The notes: generated from the letters alone by a model not told the origin. Positions 49,253 through 63,057 are shown, counted from the first letter of the whole stretch. The stretch is 63,988 bases of DNA, filler included, from Octopus bimaculoides (GCF_001194135.2; 5 parts of 5 records of this genome joined end to end with filler, not necessarily neighbours in it), one strand, 5' to 3'. Numbers and translations: made by a program.

Positions 49253-50899
49253 CCACGCGCCTTCACATGATAGTAATCCACTGATAAAGCACTAAATATA
49301 AAGACGTACACTAAACGAAGATGAAATTCAATAAAGTTGCAAGACCTAATGTTATGTAGTGACGGACAAGAGAAGTTTAACGATTCGGAGAATAATCATT
49401 CATCACAAACATGAAATCACCAAATATATTTTACTTTACCTCTTCGATCTTTCAATTGTATGAGTATTACCTCGATTTCTTCCTTTCTTTTTTTTCCTTT
49501 TTTTTTTTTTGTAATTTTTACCGTTATTCTGTTTTGGGTAGTTTGTTCTACTTAAGCACCATTTTGTTCGTTTTTTAATTTCTGCTCCGTGTTGTACTTC
49601 ACATTGGGATGCTTCGGAGATGGTTTTAGTATCATAAAAGATTTTTCTATGTGCAGACGGGGAGGGGGTAAGAAGACTTTTGTATGTGGTTCCCCCACGA
49701 CCCTTTTCACACCTCCGGGTAGCTGATTCGGAGAGAAAGAGAATGAGAGAGTGGAGGGGAGAGAAAGATAAAGACAGAGGCTGAAGGAAAGAGACACAAA
49801 GAGCGAGATAACGAAGAAGTGCTTTCACTATTTGACTGTTTATCTATTTCATGGTATATCCATCTTTATAACTAAATAACAGGATAGCCGTCGCAATACG
49901 ACTTTTGTTGTTGCTGTTGCTTTCCTGTTATTGTTGTTGCTGGTGCTGTTGTTGTTTCCTATTATTGTTGTTGTTGTTGTTACTCTTATCGCTGTTTTTG
50001 TCGTTGATGTTGTTGCTGTTGTTGTCACGGTCGACGCTCTGTAAAAATCCCAGGTAAAAAGTGATCCAGAAGAACAATGTTAAATGAGCCAGTCGAGGCA
50101 TGAAAGTCACAGATTCCTCTTGTTACAGTTCAATACATGATGATGACGATGATGATGCTGATGGTTACTCCCATCAATATCTACGTGTGAGACTTTGAAG
50201 GAAAGGATTATAAAAAAAGCGGGAAGCGATTAAAAATAAAAAGAAGCTGCATGTATTTGAAATGGACGCATGAATGTAATTTGAGCCTTAGAATGGATTT
50301 TGTGATGAAGCTTTTTGATTTTACCTGGGATTCGGCATTTGAGTCTGTTGGCTGCAGGATAAAGGTATTTTATTGTCCTGTTTCTTCAACTCAAATTGTT
50401 TCGATGAGCCGTGACACATTTCACACCACTCAGAACGATATTAAATCGCCACTACATCTATATGGTCAATCAATGTCCAATGCACCTCGACATCATATAA
50501 CTCCGGCATTTAGGTGAGGACGGCCATAGTGTACAGTGCATATTACGGCTGAACTTCTTCAAAATAGGGCTGGAGTACTTTGTACTCCAAACACGCAGTA
50601 CTCTATTCGCCGCTGTCCGTTTAATGCCTGGAGGCCTTTCTTCTTCCTTCCTTCTTCAGTGTGTGTTGTTTACGTTCACTTGAATTGTTTTCGACTGTAA
50701 GTAAATGTGTATGAGTACCTGTGTATGCGTGTATGAGTGTTTGCTTGGGTGTGTGTATGTGTATATGTGTGCATATGTATTTTTGCATGTGCGTATGTAC
50801 GTATGTGTGTGTGTATCTGATTTTGTGTGGTATCTTTTATTTATGTTAGCTTCAATTGTGTTTCACTAAATATATGTGCCTGAGCCTCTCTCGCTTTCT

Positions 50900-50997
<98 letters not shown>

Positions 50998-51425
50998 CAC
51001 ATACACACGGGCGCGCCATTTACACACACTCACACACACACACGCACATAATAATTAAATGAAGGTTTGTATCAAGCGCCACCCCCACCAACCTCTAAGT
51101 CATTATCTTTCAACTCTCCCCTCTTCTTTTGTCTTTTCGTTTCTCTGTATTTCTGTATTTCTTTGCTTCTCTTCCGCTCAGTTAAACTGTTTTTTGTTTT
51201 GTGTATGCCTGCGCGCGTGTATGTGTATATATATGTGTGTGTGTGTGTGTGTCTATGTGTGTGTGTGGGGGTGGGTGAGTGAGTGAGTGTGCGTGAGAGT
51301 GTATGTGTGTGAGTGTGTATATCTATCTATCTATCTATCTGTCTGTCTCTCTCTCTCTCTTTATCTCTCTTTCTCTCTCTCTTTCTCTCTCTCTCACTCT
51401 CTCTTTCTCTCTATCTCTTTCTTTG

Positions 51426-51456
<31 letters not shown>

Positions 51457-51622
51457 TTCTCTCTATCTCTTTCTTTGTCTCTCTCTCTCTCTCTTTCTCT
51501 CTATCTCTTTCTTTGTCTCTCTCTCTCCCTCTCTCTCTCTCCTCTCTCTCCCTCTCTCTCTCTCTCCCTCTCTCTCTCTCCCTCTCTCTCCNNNNNNNNN
51601 NNNNNNNNNNNNNNNNNNNNNN

Positions 51623-51665
<43 letters not shown>

Positions 51666-52252
51666 GCTGCGTATTTGTATTCAGGTATATGTAATTATAT
51701 ATACGAAATGTCATGTGTGTATAACAACATAAATGTACTTACATATATGAGTATATATATATAGAGAGAGAGATATATATGTGTGTGTGTGTGTGTGCGT
51801 ATATGCTTGCGTGCGGCTGTAGTTATTACGTGTTATTTTCTCAGGTAATTGGATAATTAGGGTTACACCGGTGAAGGTCTTGTCTTCTGTTGTCTTGCTC
51901 TATGCGTGTATATATGTATATGTATAAATATATATGTGTGTGTATGCATATATGTAAATATATGTATTAATGTATATATGTATGCGTTTATATGTATATA
52001 AGTATGTATGTACGTATGTCAGCATGTACATATGTGCATATATATGTATGTATATGTATTTAAATGTGTATGCGCGTGTGTCTGTATGAGTGATTCCGTG
52101 TGTGTGTGTCTGTGTGTGTGTGTGTGTTCGCGTGCGCGCGTTTGCATTTAAATCTGAATGTATACGTGTGTGCTAATGAATTTCACATGTCTGTCTATCT
52201 TCGTCACCAGATATATGTGACCAGCAAGAAGAAAGACAAAAGTGCAAGAGAG

Positions 52253-52284
<32 letters not shown>

Positions 52285-52521
52285 AGTGAGAGAGGGGGAG
52301 AAGAGAGATGGAAAAGAAGATAGAGAAAAAGAAGAAGAGAGAAGTGAGATTGTCAGTAGAAAAGACTAACTGATACTGCCCAACACCCATTAAATTGCAA
52401 AAATATTTAACTAATTATTTATATTATCATAAAAGAAAATTAAATGAACAAATACGAATTTAAACTCTAGTTTTGTTCATAAAAGTCAAGCGCAAGCTAA
52501 TACAAAATAAACAAATACGTA

Positions 52522-52666
52522 AGGCGTGGCTTCCCAACCACATGGTTCTGGGTTCAGTCTCACTGCGTTACACTTTTGGCAAGTGTCTTCTACTATAGCC
52601 TCGGGCTGACCAAAGTCTTGTGAGTGAATTTGGTAGACGGAAACTGAAAGAAGCCCGTCGTATGTG

Positions 52667-52726
<60 letters not shown>

Positions 52727-52955
52727 TGTGTGTACATGCTTGTGTCGGTGTTTGTCCTCCACCTCCGCGTGACAACCGATGATGGCGAGTTTACGTCCTC
52801 GAAACTTACCGGTCTGCAGAAGCGACCGATAGAATGAGTAACCGGCTTAAAAAAACAAAACAGAACTGAGGTCGGTTCATTTGACTTAAAATTCTTCAAG
52901 GTGGTACCCCAGCATGGCCAAAAGCTAATGACTGGAACTAGTAAAAAATAAAAGA
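52522..52955 (+). mobile_element. SINE family B near-complete copy
   Basis: ggcttcccaaccacatggttctgggttcagtc...ggcaagtgtcttctactatagcctcggg...gatagaatgagta...cccagcatggcc...gactggaactagtaaaa. Confidence 0.9.
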
Positions 52956-53819
52956 CAATAATATGTACTAATTGACTATGATATATGTGACCATCTCTCT
53001 TCTCCCCCTCTCTCACTTCTCTCTCTCTCTCTTCTCTCTCTTCTCCCTCTCTCTCTCTCTCTCTCTTCTCCCTCTCTCTCTCTCTCTCTTGCACTTTTGT
53101 CTTTCTTCTTGCTGGTCACATATATCATAGTCAATTAGTACATATTATGTCTGTCCTCGAAGCAATATAATTACTATACACCCACCAATTAAGACAAATT
53201 TTTTTTCTCTGATATTTAAACCAACTTTATACATTAGACAAACTGACAAAAAGTTCTTTATTTGAAATACCCAGAGAAGCAGTTCTGATAACTGAATCGT
53301 TACTCAGCAAAACGCTGCATCGCACGTCCTGGCACATCGCCAAGCTGTGTCCTCTCCTTGTCTAATGTTTCTCGTTACTGTAACATCGTTTGCTTGTCTC
53401 AACTTGGTGGCTCTTCAACATAAGCAGTATATCTATGACATCAGCAATAGCTCCACCATGATAACATCCTCGGCCATCACCACATCATTAAAAACGCCTC
53501 TGCTACCATCACCACCACCACCACCACCGTACACACACACACACGCTTCTATCTCCCCCATTACCACCTCTACACTACTAATCACCACCACCAACAACCC
53601 CCATCATCCACCACCACCATTAACACGTCTAGTAACGCTGATCTTAACGCAACAACCCCAATCGTGTTAGTCTGCTCTATCTCCAAACCTCCTTTCTCAC
53701 CAAAGTGCTTCATTGCACTAAAATACTGCGCTTAAACTTTAAACTAAACGGTCTTTTTTTCCATTTGCACATCCATACACTTTCAAACGTGCAAACAAAT
53801 ATAGCATTATCTCTCTCTT

Positions 53820-53859
<40 letters not shown>

Positions 53860-53910
53860 CTATCTATCTATCTATGTATCTATTTATCTATCGATCTGTC
53901 CGTCTGTTTG

Positions 53911-53967
<57 letters not shown>

Positions 53968-53986
53968 TTATCTATCTATCTATTTA

Positions 53987-54017
<31 letters not shown>

Positions 54018-54181
54018 CTCGGGGTATATATATCTATATCATGGTGTGTATATACGTATGAGTGCCATTATGTGAATGTGTGACTGTACAAATATATATA
54101 TGCAAATACATATATATATGTATGTATGCGTATATAATATATATATATTATATTATGTACGTATACACACATAAAAAAAGC

Positions 54182-54225
<44 letters not shown>

Positions 54226-55358
54226 TTCAGACTCTACACACACACACACACGCACACACACACACCACTCTCACACATGATCACACTTTTATATTGCATA
54301 TATAGTCATAACCATTTGCATAAATCATATCTAATAACACGTCCATTTATGGATATAAGAACAACACTATATGTATATGCATATATGTATATATGAGTGT
54401 ATGTACATCTATACGCACACAGAGAGGCATGCGCGCACACACAGAGGCATGCGCGCACACACACACGTACATACAGAGACAAATGTATGCTTTTACTTCA
54501 TATTGAGGAATGCATTCAGTCCGAAAACTGACGAACGAAGCATCATATCAGAGAGACAAGCGAAGTATATTAATGTATAGCGAGTGGCAATATTAAACTA
54601 ACTTCACCGAAATGGCGAACAGAACGATAAAATAGAAAAAGTGAAGCAATTAGTAAAAAGGTTCGTTGAAATGATAACCTTTCTGAATTCACTGGAATAA
54701 GGAAAATTCAGAGATAAGGTTGATGGGAGAAATAGAAAAAAAATATGGAAGGTGCAGAAGATAGAGGTAGAGGGAAGTAGAAGGTGGCGATGATGGAAAT
54801 GGGGGAAAAAAAATGGCGTGGTTGTGATATGTAGAAAGTAATGTCAGATAGATTGTTTTCAAGATGGACGCAGTTGCTTATAAGTGAATGTATTTTTTTG
54901 TGTTTGTTTGTATGATTGTGTGTACATATACATCCACACACGCGTGCGCGTACGCGTTGCTTTCCAAATAAAACGGATTTCGATTGGTTAGATGTGTGGA
55001 AAGAGAAGACATCATTCTCAAGATGGAATCTTTTCTATATCTATGAAGTTGTGTGTATGTTTGTATGCGTACGTGCAGTGCTTGCGTGTGTATTTGTGTG
55101 TGCGTGGGGGTGTATGTGTATAAGCACACACAAACAGTTAAATATACATTTGCTTCAGCTAATTTAGTCGACAGGTAAAGGACAAGAATCTACAGGCCTC
55201 AATATAGCAGGCATGTTAAATATGCAGAAAACTAGTTGACAGAAAGCTGAGTGCAGTGTAGGTGCACTAGAGGTGCAGTTGGATTGCAAGCAGATTGATG
55301 AAGAAAGAATTCTGCAACGCTGATACACAACCATATATACATACATACATACACACAT

Positions 55359-55390
<32 letters not shown>

Positions 55391-56387
55391 GTATATATAT
55401 ATATATATANNNNNNNNNNNNNNNNNNNNNNNNNNNNNNNNNNNNNNNNNNNNNNNNNNNNNNNNNNNNNNNNNNNNNNNNNNNNNNNNNNNNNNNNNNN
55501 NNNNNNNNNNNNNNNNNNNNNNNNNNNNNNNNNNNNNNNNNNNNNNNNNNNNNNNNNNNNNNNNNNNNNNNNNNNNNNNNNNNNNNNNNNNNNNNNNNNN
55601 NNNNNNNNNNNNNNNNNNNNNNNNNNNNNNNNNNNNNNNNNNNNNNNNNNNNNNNNNNNNNNNNNNNNNNNNNNNNNNNNNNNNNNNNNNNNNNNNNNNN
55701 NNNNNNNNNNNNNNNNNNNNNNNNNNNNNNNNNNNNNNNNNNNNNNNNNNNNNNNNNNNNNNNNNNNNNNNNNNNNNNNNNNNNNNNNNNNNNNNNNNNN
55801 NNNNNNNNNNNNNNNNNNNNNNNNNNNNNNNNNNNNNNNNNNNNNNNNNNNNNNNNNNNNNNNNNNNNNNNNNNNNNNNNNNNNNNNNNNNNNNNNNNNN
55901 NNNNNNNNNNNNNNNNNNNNNNNNNNNNNNNNNNNNNNNNNNNNNNNNNNNNNNNNNNNNNNNNNNNNNNNNNNNNNNNNNNNNNNNNNNNNNNNNNNNN
56001 NNNNNNNNNNNNNNNNNNNNNNNNNNNNNNNNNNNNNNNNNNNNNNNNNNNNNNNNNNNNNNNNNNNNNNNNNNNNNNNNNNNNNNNNNNNNNNNNNNNN
56101 NNNNNNNNNNNNNNNNNNNNNNNNNNNNNNNNNNNNNNNNNNNNNNNNNNNNNNNNNNNNNNNNNNNNNNNNNNNNNNNNNNNNNNNNNNNNNNNNNNNN
56201 NNNNNNNNNNNNNNNNNNNNNNNNNNNNNNNNNNNNNNNNNNNNNNNNNNNNNNNNNNNNNNNNNNNNNNNNNNNNNNNNNNNNNNNNNNNNNNNNNNNN
56301 NNNNNNNNNNNNNNNNNNNNNNNNNNNNNNNNNNNNNNNNNNNNNNNNNNNNNNNNNNNNNNNNNNNNNNNNNNNNNNNNNNNNNNN

Positions 56388-56419
<32 letters not shown>

Positions 56420-56988
56420 GTATATATATATAAATATATATATATACACTCAAATTCACGTGTGAGTACGTATAATAACGCGCGCGCACACACTCAGACG
56501 CGCGCGCGTGCACTTCGCCATGCATTACAGAGGATTCTGATGGATTGAATTTGTTCTTTTCGTTAATCTAATCTCAATCTTTTAACATTTCGGGTATATT
56601 ACACACTTCTTCCGTTTGACGTACGCCAATGTACGTAGAAATGTACGTACGTAGATAAACGTGTGTGTGTGTGTGTGTGTTTCCGTACCAGTTTTGTGAA
56701 CATGTGAGATATGTACGAAAGTATGTGTATATACCTTCCTCAGTACATGCGTGTGTGTGTGTGTGTGTGTGTGCGTGTATGCATGTGTGTGTGTATAATC
56801 TAAGCATAATTTAGAATAATGCGTGTGTATAATTTAAACATAATTACATAAATTTAGTGTTTTTTATCTTCGTGGTTTTATAAATGTGTAACATGCGTGT
56901 ATAATGAATGAATACACAAACATATATACATACATAAGTATGCTTATATCCGAACATATGTGTGTGCGTGCGTGTGTGTGCGTGCGTT

Positions 56989-57039
<51 letters not shown>

Positions 57040-57139
57040 NNNNNNNNNNNNNNNNNNNNNNNNNNNNNNNNNNNNNNNNNNNNTTAATTAATTAANNNNN
57101 NNNNNNNNNNNNNNNNNNNNNNNNNNNNNNNNNNNNNNN
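57040..57139. other. Artificial scaffold-join spacer
   Basis: N44-TTAATTAATTAA(57084-57095)-N44. Confidence 0.95.
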
Positions 57140-57183
<44 letters not shown>

Positions 57184-57706
57184 TCACATTTATGTACATG
57201 TATATATGCATATACATATGGTTATACATATATACATATCATATGCATTGGCATGTGTACACATTTATTATATACATGTATATGAATATATATAAATATG
57301 TAAGTACGCATCTATATGTACATATATGTATTTAAGTATACACAAACGCAAAGACGTGTATGCATACATACGTGTGTACATGCACAAAAGCAAAAGCAAC
57401 CCGCCATCAATATATATATATATATAAATAACAACAGCATGAAAGAGAAAAAAAAAATTAACGTATTCCATTGAATTCTAGCAGAAACAAGAACGACATT
57501 TCCAACAAAAATAATATCATCACGAATGACGGTAATAAAAACAACAACAACAACTCCAATAACAATAGCACGTGATCTGTGAACAATGAATGAACATCCG
57601 CAGCACTAGTAGCAGCAGCAGCGATACCAGTGCCATCACCACCATCGATATCACACCAATTCTACCAATACCACATACACACAGACACTGACACAAACAT
57701 ATACAT

Positions 57707-57757
<51 letters not shown>

Positions 57758-58730
57758 NNNNNNNNNNNNNNNNNNNNNNNNNNNNNNNNNNNNNNNNNNN
57801 NNNNNNNNNNNNNNNNNNNNNNNNNNNNNNNNNNNNNNNNNNNNNNNNNNNNNNNNNNNNNNNNNNNNNNNNNNNNNNNNNNNNNNNNNNNNNNNNNNNN
57901 NNNNNNNNNNNNNNNNNNNNNNNNNNNNNNNNNNNNNNNNNNNNNNNNNNNNNNNNNNNNNNNNNNNNNNNNNNNNNNNNNNNNNNNNNNNNNNNNNNNN
58001 NNNNNNNNNNNNNNNNNNNNNNNNNNNNNNNNNNNNNNNNNNNNNNNNNNNNNNNNNNNNNNNNNNNNNNNNNNNNNNNNNNNNNNNNNNNNNNNNNNNN
58101 NNNNNNNNNNNNNNNNNNNNNNNNNNNNNNNNNNNNNNNNNNNNNNNNNNNNNNNNNNNNNNNNNNNNNNNNNNNNNNNNNNNNNNNNNNNNNNNNNNNN
58201 NNNNNNNNNNNNNNNNNNNNNNNNNNNNNNNNNNNNNNNNNNNNNNNNNNNNNNNNNNNNNNNNNNNNNNNNNNNNNNNNNNNNNNNNNNNNNNNNNNNN
58301 NNNNNNNNNNNNNNNNNNNNNNNNNNNNNNNNNNNNNNNNNNNNNNNNNNNNNNNNNNNNNNNNNNNNNNNNNNNNNNNNNNNNNNNNNNNNNNNNNNNN
58401 NNNNNNNNNNNNNNNNNNNNNNNNNNNNNNNNNNNNNNNNNNNNNNNNNNNNNNNNNNNNNNNNNNNNNNNNNNNNNNNNNNNNNNNNNNNNNNNNNNNN
58501 NNNNNNNNNNNNNNNNNNNNNNNNNNNNNNNNNNNNNNNNNNNNNNNNNNNNNNNNNNNNNNNNNNNNNNNNNNNNNNNNNNNNNNNNNNNNNNNNNNNN
58601 NNNNNNNNNNNNNNNNNNNNNNNNNNNNNNNNNNNNNNNNNNNNNNNNNNNNNNNNNNNNNNNNNNNNNNNNNNNNNNNNNNNNNNNNNNNNNNNNNNAT
58701 ATATATGTATATATATATATATGCATGTAT

Positions 58731-58761
<31 letters not shown>

Positions 58762-59099
58762 CATACATGATAGTCCTAGAATATTTATGTGTTGCGTTTT
58801 TACTAGATATTTCCGTTATCCTATTAAGGGAGTTGTGGGATTGAAACTGCATATTGTCATTGTTAACTGCAACAATGCTAACTACAACAACAGTAACCTC
58901 AACAACAGCCAACGCAGTATTAAGCCCTGCTTACATGCTTACATAAAAAACATACATACATACATACATACATACATGTATGCATACGTACATATATACG
59001 TTCATAACTACATACATGCATACACACGTACATATGCATAGATATGTGTGTGTTTGTGTATGTTTAAATATATATATATATAAATATATAAATGTATGT

Positions 59100-59145
<46 letters not shown>

Positions 59146-59418
59146 AGTGAGAGAGAGCTACATCGATAGATATATACAAATATGCATATATATGTATAGA
59201 TATGTATATATATATATACATACATGCATGTACACACACGCGCATGCACAGACACACACACACACACGCACACACACACATTTATATATATGTTTATATA
59301 TATGTATGAATGTACGTATGCATAAATTTATAGAACGTCATACATATAGAAATAACTATAACAAAAATCAATACCAGTAGCAATCGTTTTGCGAACAACA
59401 CTAAACTTCATGACTACT

Positions 59419-59518
59419 NNNNNNNNNNNNNNNNNNNNNNNNNNNNNNNNNNNNNNNNNNNNTTAATTAATTAANNNNNNNNNNNNNNNNNNNNNNNNNN
59501 NNNNNNNNNNNNNNNNNN
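59419..59518. other. Artificial scaffold-join spacer
   Basis: TTAATTAATTAA at 59463-59474 inside Ns. Confidence 0.95.
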
Positions 59519-59553
<35 letters not shown>

Positions 59554-59644
59554 TATACACACACATATATACATATATATATATATTTATAAATATATAT
59601 ATACACATACATATATATATATATATATAGATAGATAGATAGAT

Positions 59645-59689
<45 letters not shown>

Positions 59690-59715
59690 AATACACCCCC
59701 CCCCCACATATATAT

Positions 59716-60132
59716 AAGTAATATTCGTAACCACTTTAACATGGCTGTCCGTTCGAGCGGACTCAACTGAGATTTTTTAACCCCAAGAGGATATTTCCCC
59801 CAGTTGGTTAACGATGCCCAGCTGCATCCGATAAAACTGCGAGCAGTGGAGCGAACCACTACCATCTCCTAGCGACAGGACCAGTAGACCAGTAGATCTC
59901 TATCTGACGTGGTGTGCAGTACTGAAGGGTGGCAGAAATAGCCCGAAACCACGACTGGTCTTCTGGTCCTGTCGCTAGGAGACGGTAGGGGTTCGTTCCT
60001 CTGCTCGCAATTTTATCGGATGCAGGTGTGCATCGTTAACCAGCTAGAGGAGATGTCCTCTTGGGGTTACAAAAATCGCAGTAGAGTCCGCTCCAACGGA
60101 CAGCCATGTTAAAGTGGCTACGAATATTACTT
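59716..60132. mobile_element. Roughly 415-bp palindromic element with a central hammerhead ribozyme-like motif
   Basis: Arms 59716-59893 and 59954-60132 are reverse complements with scattered mismatches around a 60-nt loop. The left end abuts (TA)n. Confidence 0.85.
59917..59965 (+). ncRNA. Type I hammerhead-like motif (A9G variant) with a true stem III
   Basis: CAGTA-CTGAAGG-GTGGC(AGAAATA)GCCC-GAAAC-CA(CGAC)TG-GTC-TTCTG. The left-arm copy reads GTC-TACTG on the minus strand, which restores a perfect 5-bp stem I. Confidence 0.7.
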
Positions 60133-60191
60133 GTCAGTGTAACTACTGCGTTGATCTCTTAGAGAGATTTTAGAACTAGCATTTTTGCATG

Positions 60192-60227
<36 letters not shown>

Positions 60228-60289
60228 AATAAATATACATATATTCTGGACAGTATGTATGTGTGTGTGTAAATGAAATTAGGAATGGA

Positions 60290-60640
60290 TCTCCATCGGT
60301 TTGCGGCGATCATTATTTATGTGTTTTGGCAAGTCAACTACTCACTCATTGAATTAGTGTGTATGTAGCCGAATATTTCACAGACGTGTTTATTTTAAAA
60401 ATAACCCTCAGTTAGAACCAGTGCGACACATTGTGTGTGACAAGGGTGCAGTGAATCAGAAGAGGCTTCCTCACTGTTTCGGTCTATACTGTTTCATTGA
60501 CCAAGCTGAGATCGACGCGATGCTGTGTCAAAATCACTCATGCAAGACAAAATGCAGTGAGATTGGAACCAAGATATCGTATTTGTCAATCGAACTTTTT
60601 AACTGTTTGGTCATAATGCGTCCCTACAGCTTTGCTTTCA
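60290..60640 (-). mobile_element. Decayed family D-like SINE
   Basis: ggatctccatcggttt...gcgacacattgtgtgtgacaagg...ttcattgaccaagctgag...gagattggaacc. Similarity to the reverse complement of the 23098 copy is weak. Confidence 0.45.
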
Positions 60641-60896
60641 AAATATGTTCATATGAAAACATATACGATATGTTTAATAAACGTGTAATTTATTTTCACC
60701 TCGTAAATGCGAATCGTTGACCAGCACAAGAGGTTCAGTAGATCAGAGGGAAAAGCGAAAGGCTAGTTTCGTATTTATCAGTTCTCATCAGAGAATTATT
60801 TACTTCTCAACAATTCAAGTCAAGAAGAGTATATATTCTAAGAAGAAACAGTAATGTGTGTATATACACAAACATATATATGTGTATATGTATGTA

Positions 60897-61720
60897 TTGG
60901 GTCATCCCATAAATAATGCAGTCTTTTTAATTGCATGAAATCAACTTGCTATAAAAGGAGGGAGTACTTTTACCTTATTCTTATTGCAATTTTACTTATT
61001 CTTAGTGCAAGTTTAGAAGAGTGCAGTCCGATTTTAACAGTTATTTTTTCGAAGCTGTAATGGAAGTGACAAAGGAGAATATTTGGCATATTTTGCTTTA
61101 TGAGTTCAATAAAGGCAACAGCGCAACAGGAAGTGCGACAAGTATTAATGCAGTATAAGGGGATCAGACAATGAGCGTAAGCCAGTGTCAACGGTGGTTC
61201 CAGAAATTCCGAACCGGAAACTACAGCCTAGGAGACGATTCTCATCCAGGAACATCTGTAGAGCTCGACGAGGACGTCCTGCAAACCCTGGTGGAACAAA
61301 ATCCATCATAACTATTGAGGAACTAGCAGAAAAGCTTGGATTTGGTTTTTCAATCAGTCATTCAAGTCAGCGCCAGAAGAAAAATGACTGTCTTCGGTTT
61401 CAAGACGAAAGGTATTCTTCCACCAGCATTAGCTCGACCACATACAGCGACGATGACATTTCAAAAGCTGGAGCAGTTTGAATGGGAAACAATGTCCCAC
61501 CCACCATATTCGCCGGACATTGCCCCATCAGATTATCATTTATTCCGCAGTCTTCAAAATCATTTGGACGGAAAAAATATGAATTCTGTAGATGAGGTCA
61601 GAACAGTACTGGAGGAGTATTTTTCGTCACTGGCAAGTGAATTTTGGAAGAGGGGCCTTGCAAGTCTACCAGATAACTGGAAGAGCATTGTAGAAAATGA
61701 AGGAGAGTATATTTTAGATT
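60897..61720 (+). mobile_element. Internally deleted mariner (second family), right end lost at a scaffold join
   Basis: TA then ttgggtcatcccataaataatgc. From ATG 61060 it reads MEVTKENIWHILLYEFNKGNSA...CQRWFQKFRTGNYSL.D, and later ARPHTA.MT.QKLEQFEWETMSHPPYSPDIAPSDYHLFRSLQNHLDGK...ENEGEYILD. The first catalytic region is missing. Confidence 0.9.
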
Positions 61721-61735
61721 GGCGGAGACGTAAAC

Positions 61736-61835
61736 NNNNNNNNNNNNNNNNNNNNNNNNNNNNNNNNNNNNNNNNNNNNTTAATTAATTAANNNNNNNNN
61801 NNNNNNNNNNNNNNNNNNNNNNNNNNNNNNNNNNN
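61736..61835. other. Artificial scaffold-join spacer
   Basis: TTAATTAATTAA at 61780-61791 inside Ns. Confidence 0.95.
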
Positions 61836-62330
61836 GACGGGTACAGAAGCGATGCCATGTTGTTTCGGCGAAAGACTCAAGAGTGAGAGAGCTCGGTGAC
61901 AAGGTGCATTGTTGTGAATCCACTTCTTCGCGCTCTGCAAGTCCGATCATTTTTGCCTAATGTATTCTCTCAAACGCTTCAAAACAGTAGTAGAACTGTC
62001 GATTGACGGTCTGGCCCTAGAGAACGAATTCGCGACGCACAATAGCACATTTACGGATATGATGCACGTGGAAGGTCTTCCAGATCGCTCAGCGCCTAGG
62101 GACGTACGTCCTCATTCGAAGCATCTGTGCCACTCGAACCATTGCGTGTAACCGATTGTTCCGTCGCCGTAATCTTACTGAAATGTTTGATACTACGTCG
62201 TAGCTATTTAATTGTTTGGCAACAATCTAACAACCCTACTCTCACAGATTCCCTGCTTCCTCACCGTTTCCTTTATCACTTCTATATGAAACTAGTCAGC
62301 TCTGCAGACTCACTCCCCTTAGCGCCATGA
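61836..62330 (-). pseudogene. Third mariner transposase relic, deleted and frameshifted
   Basis: Manual translation gives DYGDGTIGYTQWFEWHRCFE*GRTSL (HTH), then IVRREFVL*GQTVNRQFYY..LKRLRE.IR.K...(H)NNAPCHRAL. Confidence 0.8.
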
Positions 62331-63020
62331 TTCTCTTCATCCAAAAGTTTTATCTATCTGTACAAGAGATTTTACAAACCGCTGTACTTCACATTTTATT
62401 ATATGACTAATTTGCTGCCGATAAACCCAACAAGGAACATTCTAAGTGGTAACTAGGTTGGCTAGAAATAGAAACCAGATACCTCTCATACAACACACTA
62501 TCGTTTCAAATAAATGAAGTTATAATCAATGCATGGTCATGACTAGAACACTTCTGATCAGACGTTTCTGTTCGATCAGGAGCTCAACAGCTACAATAAA
62601 ATCTTTATGCAGCCTTGAATTGCAAGAAAGGCATTCCTCTGAAGACCATTCTTTTGAAAGCCTTTCCTCGTCCACTTATTTTTCTTCATTTTTCACCTTA
62701 CATATGCACAAGATGAACATAAACTTCAGAAACTGAGGATGGCTGCAAATGTCATGTTCTCAACCACCACTCCCCTTTTGACTAATTTANNNNNNNNNNN
62801 NNNNNNNNNNNNNNNNNNNNNNNNNNNNNNNNNNNNNNNNNNNNNNNNNNNNNNNNNNNNNNNNNNNNNNNNNNNNNNNNNNNNNNNNNNNNNNNNNNNN
62901 NNNGTGTGTGTGTGTGTGTGCACACATCTACATACACATATATGTACGCATATACTCTTGTATTATTCTTTTACTATTTTCAGTCATTTGACTGCAGCAA
63001 TGCCGGAGCACCGCCTTACG

Positions 63021-63057
<37 letters not shown>

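Noticed and set aside
55164-58912. ORFs of 350-450 aa in the track
   Set aside because: They are almost entirely X from N gaps plus (TA)/(TG) repeats.
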